This document shows, piece after piece, positions 1 to 7,730 of a stretch of 16,057 nucleotides of DNA. The notes under the pieces are model-generated. The model had not been told where the DNA came from, made no database searches, and saw nothing but the letters and a program-made list of their open reading frames with translations. Every line of letters starts with the position of its first letter. Position 1 is the stretch's first letter. The stretch spans positions 1 to 16,057 of the forward strand of contig JBGSIV010000243.1 in the NCBI GenBank assembly GCA_041742355.1, in the 5' to 3' direction. This DNA comes from Candidatus Zixiibacteriota bacterium. Its GTDB lineage: Bacteria > Zixibacteria > MSB-5A5 > GN15 > FEB-12. The position numbers and the translations under genes were made by a program.

Positions 1-80
1 GCCCCGGACGTGAAAACAATCGGAAACCTTACCTGCGGCTCGACTACGGTCGAGGCCGCGAATAGCAGACTGGTTAGAAT

Positions 81-119
81 TCACGCCACGACCTCGAACA
101 TGACCTTGACAACGTACAT
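81..119 (-). CDS. Candidate 12-aa Val-rich leader peptide MYVVKVMFEVVA
   Basis: ATG at 119-117, TGA at 83-81; 5 of 12 codons are Val; its 3' half is complementary to the downstream hairpin arm (50-60). No clear SD. Confidence 0.3.
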   Translation of the reverse strand: MYVVKVMFEVVA

Positions 120-181
120 AGCAGCTGTGGGCTACTCTATAACTTGCCGATACGCCGCCTCCTGGCTTCCGTACACTCTGT

Positions 182-209
182 CTTATACTTACTGTGGACC
201 ATGGGGCAA
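182..209 (-). promoter_or_regulatory. Candidate sigma70-type promoter pointing out of the left window edge
   Basis: Minus-strand TTGCCC (209-204), 16 nt, TATAAG (187-182); same -35 hexamer as the ileS promoter candidate. Confidence 0.35.
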
Positions 210-266
210 TCTCCATCGGTTTGCCGGTGATTTTGCGGGGGCAGAGATTGGGGGACGGAGAGTTAG

Positions 267-1031
267 CTATTTGAGGAGGCTGTGCGAGCGGAGAAAGGCA
301 AGCGAGGCGGACATGCCGTCGGCGCCGACCTCAAGGGCCCAAACCGCAGCCGGGGAGTGCTCGGTAAGGGCGGCAAGGACCTCGGCGACTGGAAGGGTCC
401 CCTGGCCGAGAGGAAGGTGCTCGTCGGTCTCGCCATGGTTGTCGTGCAGGTGGACATAGCCGATCATCGGGCCGAGGGTGCGGATCCACTCCACGGTCGG
501 AACCATGCCGTGGCAATGGGTGTGGCCGGTGTCGAGGCAAGCGGTGAGGCGGGGATCGTTCACGCCGGCGATCAGCTCGGCGATCATATCGGGAGTATGC
601 TCGTGCATGTTCTCGAGGTGGACGAAGAGATCGGCCGGTTTATCGGCCAGGAAGTCGCGCCAGAAGGCGACACTCCGTTTTGTGTAGTTCGGCGGGTGGC
701 TGGTGCCGGGGACATAGCCGTGGTGGAGGATCATCCGGCTGATGTCGAGGTCGCAGCAGCGGTCGTAGCCGAGCTCGAAACGGTTGCGGGCGAGTTCGCG
801 CACGGCCGGGTCGAAGGAGCCGGGGCAGAGGTCGCCGTAGGGGCCGTGGAGGGAGCGTTTCTCACGGGGGAATTTCTCCAGGATACGGCAGTGCCGCTCG
901 ATAGCATCGGGGTGACGATCAAGGAGAGTAGGGTCATAGAAGGACTGGATTTCGATGCCGCAGGCATGTTCGATCGCCAGTTGGGCGATCGGTTCGGGTG
1001 AGCAGTCATCGCAGAGGAAGAGAGGTCGCAT
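267..1031 (-). CDS. Sugar phosphate isomerase/epimerase, xylose-isomerase-like (AP_endonuc_2) TIM-barrel protein
   Basis: 254 aa; metal-ligand motifs SLHGP, HLENM, LDTGH, HLHDNHGETDEHLPLGQG and C-terminal LEV. Confidence 0.9.
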   Translation of the reverse strand: MRPLFLCDDCSPEPIAQLAIEHACGIEIQSFYDPTLLDRHPDAIERHCRILEKFPREKRSLHGPYGDLCPGSFDPAVRELARNRFELGYDRCCDLDISRMILHHGYVPGTSHPPNYTKRSVAFWRDFLADKPADLFVHLENMHEHTPDMIAELIAGVNDPRLTACLDTGHTHCHGMVPTVEWIRTLGPMIGYVHLHDNHGETDEHLPLGQGTLPVAEVLAALTEHSPAAVWALEVGADGMSASLAFLRSHSLLK

Positions 1032-1090
1032 TTCAGTCAGCTACGTTGCATGGAAATCGGGCAAAGAAGGTCGTATTCCCGTGACAGACT

Positions 1091-1597
1091 CTACTCATCA
1101 GACCTCCAAGCAGTCTTGAAGCCTAAGACCGCATAGAGTTCAAATGGATCGCACCAAGAAACACCCAGGGAGCTGCAAACATCAGGAAGCTTCCGGTTTT
1201 GCCGACTCCGCTTTGGTTTCGAAACCTCAGTTGTTACGACACACCTGTCTGAGACTCCCAAAGCATAAGCAACAAGAAACGGATCGCGACCAATTTGATC
1301 TAATTCAATGTCGGTTAAGTCGGGGGCGTAGCCAAGGCGGACGACCGTCTGAACTCTGTCGGGTTCGATTTCCTCTCTTAGCAACAAGGCGTTGGAGTTA
1401 AAGCTGTTCGATATCCACTTGCGCAGAAGATCGTCCTTGCGTCCCTCCTTGATCTCCTCAGCCATTTCAACAGGAATCTTTACCCTACCTTTCTCCGCAA
1501 CATGCAGAAGCCACTCCCAAAACTCGGGGACCCTATCAATCGGGTAGTAGTAGTTGTGAGCTACGATGAGCACATTCGCATCAAGAAGGTAGAGCAT
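1091..1597 (-). CDS. DUF4411-family PIN-like domain protein (putative ribonuclease/toxin)
   Basis: YLLDANVLI..HNYYYP....PEFWEWL, EEI, DPFLVAYA, VVTTE, KLPDVC; ATG at 1597 overlaps the upstream stop (TGATG). Confidence 0.88.
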   Translation of the reverse strand: MLYLLDANVLIVAHNYYYPIDRVPEFWEWLLHVAEKGRVKIPVEMAEEIKEGRKDDLLRKWISNSFNSNALLLREEIEPDRVQTVVRLGYAPDLTDIELDQIGRDPFLVAYALGVSDRCVVTTEVSKPKRSRQNRKLPDVCSSLGVSWCDPFELYAVLGFKTAWRSDE

Positions 1598-2793
1598 CAA
1601 CTACTGCCCCCCGGCCCCTTGTCAGAAAGAAGTGGTAGTACGTTTCTCGGCTTCACGCCAAGGACTTTTCCGGCCTTAGTATGCGAAATCGTGCCTTCCC
1701 CTAAGTACCGAGCTACTAGGCTGAGCAAGGCTGAACCAAGCCTGTGTCTTCTCACAATGTAGTAGTTTGGCCCACCATCGTCCTTTTGGCGCGGATGCTT
1801 CTTCTTCAGCACGTCAGAGTTCTCAGTTTCCAAACGGGAGAGAAGCTCCTCCCAGGTTGCGCGCTCGATAATGCTGGCTCGGAAGCACCTGTAGGCCACC
1901 ATCGCCCGGCTCACATTACGCTCTGCTGCAAAGCTACTAATCGCTTCAAGTTGCTTGTTGGCAGGCGCAGATCTAATCGCAGGTAGTTCCCGTAGTTCGG
2001 CTTCCGGGACGAGGATTTCGCTCGCTACCGCGTTGCAGAATTGCTCGATTTCATTTGCGGGCCATCCACCGCTGATACCAGTGGACCCAAGCCACAAGTG
2101 AGTTAATTCGTGTAAGGCGCTAAACGACCAAGCGACCCGGGCGTCCTGATCGTTAATTGCTATGAAAGGGGCAATTGGATCAGAGATGGTGTAGCCCCGA
2201 AATGCACGCTCAGGTATTCTGGAGTGATGACTACCGAGATCCCCAATAAGAAGAACAAATACACCACTACTCTCGATGCGATTCCTCAGGTAAGCGAATG
2301 CATCGTCAATATTCCTCTTGCGGCGAAACTCGTCTCTGCGGAAGTCCAGCGTGGCGGCGATTTTCTGTGCCGTCTCGAAAGGATCGTTTTTTGTCGAAAC
2401 GGACCCCACGAATGGAAGTACTTCTACTTCGTCATCGTCCAACAGCGCCCTGACCAACCGTTGCCTAACAATGAGGTCGCGGATAAGCGAGTCGAGCGCC
2501 GGATCGATTTCATGTGGTCTCTTGCCGGGAAACCTTCTGAAATCCTGGCCGCGGTCAGCTTTCTTCGGAAGGCTATCAAGATAGAAAACAATCAGCGGGC
2601 GCCGATACCTCTTGGCCATTCTAAGAAGCAGAGCCCTAGAAGGCTGTTGAGTTCCGGATTCAAGCTGAGTGAGCCGTTCGGCGGCGGATTGCCCGTAGGC
2701 TTTCTTCAGTCCAACTGCCTTGGCCGCATCTTCAATGGACAGACCAGCTGTTTCTCGAGCCCACTTCAATATTTGGTGATTAACTGGCGGCAT
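1597..2793 (-). CDS. XRE-family HTH + ImmA/IrrE (peptidase M78) Zn-metallopeptidase fusion
   Basis: N-terminal LKWARETAGLSIEDAA...QLESGTQQPS HTH; FSALHELTHLW (HExxH, 2098-2112) followed by IEQFCNAVASEILVP. Confidence 0.92.
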   Translation of the reverse strand: MPPVNHQILKWARETAGLSIEDAAKAVGLKKAYGQSAAERLTQLESGTQQPSRALLLRMAKRYRRPLIVFYLDSLPKKADRGQDFRRFPGKRPHEIDPALDSLIRDLIVRQRLVRALLDDDEVEVLPFVGSVSTKNDPFETAQKIAATLDFRRDEFRRKRNIDDAFAYLRNRIESSGVFVLLIGDLGSHHSRIPERAFRGYTISDPIAPFIAINDQDARVAWSFSALHELTHLWLGSTGISGGWPANEIEQFCNAVASEILVPEAELRELPAIRSAPANKQLEAISSFAAERNVSRAMVAYRCFRASIIERATWEELLSRLETENSDVLKKKHPRQKDDGGPNYYIVRRHRLGSALLSLVARYLGEGTISHTKAGKVLGVKPRNVLPLLSDKGPGGSS

Positions 2794-3023
2794 AAATCAT
2801 CTACAAGTAGACTCACCTCATAGCGAAGACCTTTTTCGCCCGTAAACGCGGAGCGGGCAATTTCTCCTTGGCCCGACATCCCTCTGCTAACCTACTCGAA
2901 TATAACCAATGTACGGTCAAGGTTTCACGGGAATCAATGAAAATGCTTTGGATAACCAACCTGTCCCACGAGGCACCTGCAACTCGTATGGAGCATTCGC
3001 CCCACCGCCCGCCAATTTCAACC

Positions 3024-3052
3024 TTGCCCTTCCCCCCATAATCCCCTATACT
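3024..3052 (+). promoter_or_regulatory. sigma70-type promoter of the ileS operon
   Basis: TTGCCC (3024-3029), 17 nt, TATACT (3047-3052), about 46 nt before the ileS ATG. Confidence 0.65.
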
Positions 3053-3098
3053 ATGCGGTTACCGGAAAATAGCTTAACCAAGTCGCGTATAAGTGATT

Positions 3099-6000
3099 AT
3101 GAAATTCGACAGCCTCAAAGATAACTTCACCATCCCCGCCGCCGAGGAGAAAATCCTCCGGTTCTGGGACGACCACGACGTCTTCCACAAAGCCCAGAAA
3201 GCCCACGCTGACCACCCCCATTTCGTCTTCTACGAGGGCCCGCCAACCGCCAACGGCAAGCCGGGGATTCACCATGTCAGCGCCCGGGCGATCAAGGATC
3301 TCGTCTGCCGGTATAAGTACATGCAGGGCTTCCGGGTAGACCGCAAAGGGGGCTGGGACACGCACGGCCTGCCGGTCGAAATCGCGGTCGAAAAACAGCT
3401 CCAGCTCACCAGCAAAGCCCAGATCCTCGAGTACGGCATCGGCAAGTTCAACCAGAAATGCCGCGAGTCGGTCTTCACCCTCCTGGAGGAGTGGAACGAT
3501 ATCACCCGGCGGATCGGCTACTGGATCGACCTCGACGACGCCTATGTGACGCTCAAGAACGAGTATATCGAATCGGTCTGGTGGATCCTCAAGACGCTCT
3601 ACGACCGCGACCTGCTCTATAAGGGGTACAAGACAGTCCCGTTCTGCCCGCGCTGCGGCACCGGGCTGTCGTCGCACGAGGTGGCGCAGGGGTACCAGAT
3701 GGTCAAGGATCCGTCGATCTACATCAAGGTCCAGGCGGCCGACGACGATTTCAAGTACCTGGTGTGGACGACCACGCCGTGGACGCTGCCGTCGAACGCC
3801 GCGCTGTGTGTGCACCCGAATGCGACCTATGTCATGGTCGAGCACGAGGGGGAGAAGCTGGTGCTGGCCGAGGCGCTCGTACCCAAGGTGCTCGGCGAAG
3901 AGAAGGCTATCCTCAAAAAGTTCCGCGGCGACGAGTTGCTGAAGCGCCCGTATGTGCCGCTGTTTGATTTCTACGCGGATCAGAAAGACAAGGCGTTCTA
4001 CGTCATCAACGGCGAGTTTGTCACGCTCGAGGACGGCACCGGGATTGTGCATATCGCCCCCGGGTTCGGCCAGGATGACTACGAGATCGGGATGCAGTAC
4101 GGCCTGCCGGTTTTCCAGGCGATCGAGCCGAACGGGCTGTTCAAGCCGATGGCGGGCAAGTACGCCGGGATGTTTATCAAGGACGCCGACCCGGAGATCA
4201 CGAAGGATCTCAAGATCGGCGGGAAGCTCTATAAGAAAGAGCAGTACGAACATAACTATCCGTTCTGCTGGCGGTGCGACAGCCCGCTGATCTATATCGC
4301 GCGGCAGTCGTGGTATATCCGCACGACGCAGTTCAAGGAGCAGCTGATCCGCAACAACAACGCGATCAACTGGCAGCCCGACGAGATCCGCGCGGGGCGG
4401 ATGGCCAACTGGCTGGAGAACAATGTCGACTGGGCGCTCTCGCGCGAGCGCTTCTGGGGGACGCCGCTGCCGATCTGGGTGTGCGACAACGAGAAGTGCG
4501 GCAGGATGAAGGCGGTCGGGTCGATCGAGCAGCTGCGCGCCGAGGGGATCGCGGTTCCGGAGGCAGTCGATCTGCACAAGCCGATGATGGACGAGGTGCA
4601 GCTGCGCTGCGAGTGCGGCGGGACGATGACCCGGGTGCCGGAGGTGATCGATGTCTGGTTCGACTCCGGAGCGATGCCGTATGCCCAGTGGCACTACCCG
4701 TTTGAGAACCAGAAGGAATTCGAGATCAAGTTCCCGGCCGATTTCATCTCGGAAGGGGTGGACCAGACCCGCGGGTGGTTTTACTCGCTTCTGGCGATCG
4801 GGACGATGCTGTTTGACAAGCCGTCGTTCAAGAACGTTCTCGTGCTGGAGATGATCCTCGACAAAGAGGGGAAGAAGATGTCCAAGCACAAGGGGAACGT
4901 GCTCGACCCGTTCAAGATGGTGGCCGAGTACGGCGCCGACCCGGTGCGCTGGTACATGCTGTCGACGTCGAATCCGTGGCTGCCGACCAAGTTTGACCTG
5001 ACCGCCCTGCAGGAGGTTATCCGCAAGTATTTCGATACGCTGCGCAACACCTACTCGTTCTTTGCGCTGTACGCCAATATCGACGAGGTGATGGAGAAGG
5101 CGGACGCCGCCGGCCAGACGGTCGAGGGGTACCTTGAGAGCAAATCCGGGGAGCCGACCCGGTTCGACCGGTGGATCGTCTCGCGCTACAACAGCGTGGT
5201 GCGGGAGGTGACGAAGGGGTTCGACGCGTACGATCTGACCCCTCCGCTGCGCAAGGTGCAGGATTTTGTGATCGAGGAGCTGTCCAACTGGTACGTGCGC
5301 AACAACCGCCGCCGGTTCTGGGCCAAGGGGGAGGATCCGTCGAAGATGCGGGCGTACCTGACCCTGTACCGCGTGTTGGAAGGGGTCTGCCGGTTGACGG
5401 CGCCGGTGACGCCGTTTGTGTCGGAGCTGTTCTGGACCCATCTGATGGGGCCGGGGCGCGAGAAGCACGGCCTGCCGCTCTCAGTGCACATGACCGACTA
5501 CCCGAAAGCGGATGAACGCCTGATCGACGCGGAGCTTGAGGAAACGATGGGCTTGGTCGAGCAGGTGGTATCCTTAGGGCGGGCGGCGCGGTCGCGCAAG
5601 AATTTGAAAGTGCGCCAGCCGTTGTCACAGTTGATGGTGCGGCTGCCGAAACATGTCTCGTACGAGCGGGTCGCCGATTACATGCCGATTGTCAAGGACG
5701 AGCTGAATGTCAAAGAGGTCGCGGCGGCCGATAATATTGACCGGTACGTGACCTACACGGCCAAGCTCAATTTCAAGTCGGCCGGCCCGAAGCTGGGGCC
5801 GGCGGTGAAACGGGCGGCCCAGATGGTCACCGGCCTGGCATCCGAGGAGGTCCGGCGGTTCGCCGAAAGCGGTAAGCTGGAACTTACGGAAAACGGTACA
5901 ACGTATGTGCTGAATACGGACGACGTGGAAGTTATCCGCAACGAGGAGGAGGGGTTCGCCGTGGAGAGCGAGGGGCCGGTGACGGTCGCGCTGGCCACGA

Positions 6001-6296
6001 CGTTGACGGCGGATCTGATCGGCGAGGGGTTCGCGCGGGAGCTGGTAAACAAGATCCAGAACATGCGGAAGACCTCGGGCTTCGAGGTCACCGACCGGAT
6101 CGAGGTACGGTTGTCCGGAACCGAGCGCCTGGTGGGGGCGGTCCGGCAGCACGAGGAGTTCATTCGCCGGGAGACGCTGGCGGATCGGATGGATGTCACG
6201 GCGGAGGATGAACTCGCGGACGGCGCGGAGTGGAACATCAACGGCGAACCGAGCCGGATCGCCGTAGCAAAAGTGAAAGCCGGAGTACGCACATGA
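3099..6296 (+). CDS. ileS: Isoleucine--tRNA ligase, type 2 (IleRS2)
   Basis: FYEGPPTANGKPGIHH, GWDTHGLPVE, WTTTPWTLPSN (editing domain), DWALSRERFWGTPLP, EGVDQTRGWFY, KMSKH; long C-terminus with EGFARELVNKIQNMRK and no terminal Zn finger. Start ATG 3099 or GTG 3093. Confidence 0.98.
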   Translation: MKFDSLKDNFTIPAAEEKILRFWDDHDVFHKAQKAHADHPHFVFYEGPPTANGKPGIHHVSARAIKDLVCRYKYMQGFRVDRKGGWDTHGLPVEIAVEKQLQLTSKAQILEYGIGKFNQKCRESVFTLLEEWNDITRRIGYWIDLDDAYVTLKNEYIESVWWILKTLYDRDLLYKGYKTVPFCPRCGTGLSSHEVAQGYQMVKDPSIYIKVQAADDDFKYLVWTTTPWTLPSNAALCVHPNATYVMVEHEGEKLVLAEALVPKVLGEEKAILKKFRGDELLKRPYVPLFDFYADQKDKAFYVINGEFVTLEDGTGIVHIAPGFGQDDYEIGMQYGLPVFQAIEPNGLFKPMAGKYAGMFIKDADPEITKDLKIGGKLYKKEQYEHNYPFCWRCDSPLIYIARQSWYIRTTQFKEQLIRNNNAINWQPDEIRAGRMANWLENNVDWALSRERFWGTPLPIWVCDNEKCGRMKAVGSIEQLRAEGIAVPEAVDLHKPMMDEVQLRCECGGTMTRVPEVIDVWFDSGAMPYAQWHYPFENQKEFEIKFPADFISEGVDQTRGWFYSLLAIGTMLFDKPSFKNVLVLEMILDKEGKKMSKHKGNVLDPFKMVAEYGADPVRWYMLSTSNPWLPTKFDLTALQEVIRKYFDTLRNTYSFFALYANIDEVMEKADAAGQTVEGYLESKSGEPTRFDRWIVSRYNSVVREVTKGFDAYDLTPPLRKVQDFVIEELSNWYVRNNRRRFWAKGEDPSKMRAYLTLYRVLEGVCRLTAPVTPFVSELFWTHLMGPGREKHGLPLSVHMTDYPKADERLIDAELEETMGLVEQVVSLGRAARSRKNLKVRQPLSQLMVRLPKHVSYERVADYMPIVKDELNVKEVAAADNIDRYVTYTAKLNFKSAGPKLGPAVKRAAQMVTGLASEEVRRFAESGKLELTENGTTYVLNTDDVEVIRNEEEGFAVESEGPVTVALATTLTADLIGEGFARELVNKIQNMRKTSGFEVTDRIEVRLSGTERLVGAVRQHEEFIRRETLADRMDVTAEDELADGAEWNINGEPSRIAVAKVKAGVRT

Positions 6297-6676
6297 AGAA
6301 GTCGGACAAGGAGAAGCTGCGCAAGCTCTTGATCGCCCAGCGCAAGAAGCTGTTTGAGGAAATGAAGGACACGATGGACGCGAACTTCTCCAAAACCATG
6401 ACCGATTCCGACGGCGACATCTCCTCGTACTCGTACCACATGGCCGACCAGGCCACCGATGCGATGGAGCGGGAGATGGCGTTCATGTCGGCGTCGAAGT
6501 CGGGACGGTTCCTGTACCACCTCGATGAGGCGTTGCGGCGCCTGGACAGCAAGGAATTCGGGAAGTGCACCAAGTGCGGCAAGGATATCGGCCTGGCGCG
6601 GCTGGAGGCGGTTCCGCACGCCACCCAGTGTATCGAATGCAAAGAAGCAGAAGAGAATGGTCGGAAACGCAAGTAA
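6293..6676 (+). CDS. TraR/DksA-family C4 zinc-finger transcription factor (YteA-like)
   Basis: ATGA overlap with the ileS stop, GGAG upstream; coiled coil with HMADQATD tip; CTKC...RLEAVPHATQCIEC. Confidence 0.92.
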   Translation: MKKSDKEKLRKLLIAQRKKLFEEMKDTMDANFSKTMTDSDGDISSYSYHMADQATDAMEREMAFMSASKSGRFLYHLDEALRRLDSKEFGKCTKCGKDIGLARLEAVPHATQCIECKEAEENGRKRK

Positions 6677-7223
6677 CCCGGGGACACGCGGCCTGATCGG
6701 CCCGGCCGTGGTGCTGCTGCTCGTGGTGGCGGCCGACCAGATCACCAAGCTGTGGGCGGTGAGCAACCTGTCGCTGCGGCAGCCGGTCGAGATTATCGGA
6801 ACGCTCCTGCAGTTCACGCTGGTCTACAACCGGGGCGGGGCGATGGGGACCAACTTCGGATCGGTCACGTACTACCTCATCAGCTCGGTGCTCATTCTCG
6901 GTTTTGTCCTGTACTACACCTACACGCACCGTCACCTCCCACGGATCTCCTATCCGCTGGGGCTCATAGCATCGGGCGCGATCGGCAACATTATCGATCG
7001 CATTCGCCTCGGGGAAGTGATCGATTTCATCGATATCGATATCTTCGATATCAACCTCCTCGGCTTCGAGTTGCGCCGCTGGTGGACGTTCAATATCGCC
7101 GACGCGGCGATCAGCCTGTCCATCGCCTACCTCGTCATCAGTCTTTTCCTGCACCGTCACGAAGCCGCCCCCGAGGTTCCGGCCGCGGAGAACGGTTCCG
7201 ACCGTGAGGCGCGGACGATCTGA
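6657..7223 (+). CDS. lspA: Lipoprotein signal peptidase (signal peptidase II)
   Basis: ADQITK, VYNRGGAMG, GAIGNIIDR, VIDFID, TFNIADAAI with hydrophobic segments; ATG 6657 overlaps the end of the dksA-like gene. Confidence 0.95.
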   Translation: MVGNASNPGTRGLIGPAVVLLLVVAADQITKLWAVSNLSLRQPVEIIGTLLQFTLVYNRGGAMGTNFGSVTYYLISSVLILGFVLYYTYTHRHLPRISYPLGLIASGAIGNIIDRIRLGEVIDFIDIDIFDINLLGFELRRWWTFNIADAAISLSIAYLVISLFLHRHEAAPEVPAAENGSDREARTI

Positions 7224-7353
7224 GGATCGAGCGATTGGTTCGGTTCTTCGGTGCGGATGAATTTTCCCTATGAGAGCGCAGGAGTGAGAGACGGATCTCA
7301 TTCGGAGCAGTGCCGCGATAACCGCATGCGCGGGGCGTAGTTTGTGGGGCGGC

Positions 7354-7700
7354 TGTTAATAAATTCGCGGGGGAGTGAAAATCGGGTCGGCAGGGTGAGG
7401 ATTGAAAGTCGCGGTAAGAGCTATCAACATAACCACTTCGGTTCTTGTGTAAATTAATCGTGAGGGCAGCTTGACGGAGGGGGCGGGGAAGTCTATTTAT
7501 GCGCATGAAAGCAAGCGGACATCCCGTTGTTGAGATCGTGTGGACATCTTTTCCCTGGGCGCAGGAAAGACATTGGACGTTATCACTTTACGCATTTCCA
7601 CTCCATGGTCAAATGTGAATAGTTCTGTGGATAGATGTGCACAGGCGCCGTCTCAAACGGCGTAGTTTGCAGGGCAACAACAGGGTGTCTCGGTTGATAA
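7354..7700. other. Degenerate DnaA-box cluster upstream of dnaA (autoregulation and/or left part of oriC)
   Basis: Against TGTGGATAA/TTATCCACA: TGTTAATAA 7354, CTATCAACA 7421, TGTGTAAAT 7446, TGTGGACAT 7539, TGTGAATAG 7614, TGTGGATAG 7626, TGTGCACAG 7636, GGTTGATAA 7692. Confidence 0.65.
7471..7499 (+). promoter_or_regulatory. Candidate dnaA promoter
   Basis: TTGACG (7471-7476), 17 nt, TATTTA (7494-7499); the -10 lacks the conserved final T. Confidence 0.45.
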
Positions 7701-7730
7701 CTATACATACCAAGTGAGGGGTGAACTACT

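Noticed and set aside
106..143. Plus-strand TTGACA...TATAAC promoter
   Set aside because: Spacer is 26 nt and no plus-strand gene follows.
10..459. 149-aa plus-strand ORF
   Set aside because: Overlaps the TIM-barrel gene antisense and has no recognisable domain.
2947..2955. Single TTTGGATAA near-consensus DnaA box upstream of ileS
   Set aside because: Isolated one-mismatch hit, compatible with chance.
3053..3098. T-box leader for ileS
   Set aside because: Leader is only about 40 nt, with no T-box motif or terminator.
3051..5468. 805-aa minus-strand ORF and other long antisense ORFs (e.g. 282-1001, 5753-6817, 7758-8495, 9350-10246, 13497-14483)
   Set aside because: Shadow frames of well-supported genes in GC-rich DNA; no recognisable motifs.
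6230..6656. Longer ORF-track starts for the DksA-like gene (6230) and lspA (6459)
   Set aside because: Extensions overlap upstream genes and look non-coding; ATG 6293 and ATG 6657 fit family lengths.
7011..7052. Repeated ATCGAT/GATATC units in lspA
   Set aside because: Consequence of Ile/Asp codons in IIDR and VIDFIDIDIFDI.
7138..7506. 122-aa minus-strand ORF where rpmH often lies
   Set aside because: No similarity to L34 (MKRT.QP...); overlaps lspA and the DnaA-box region.
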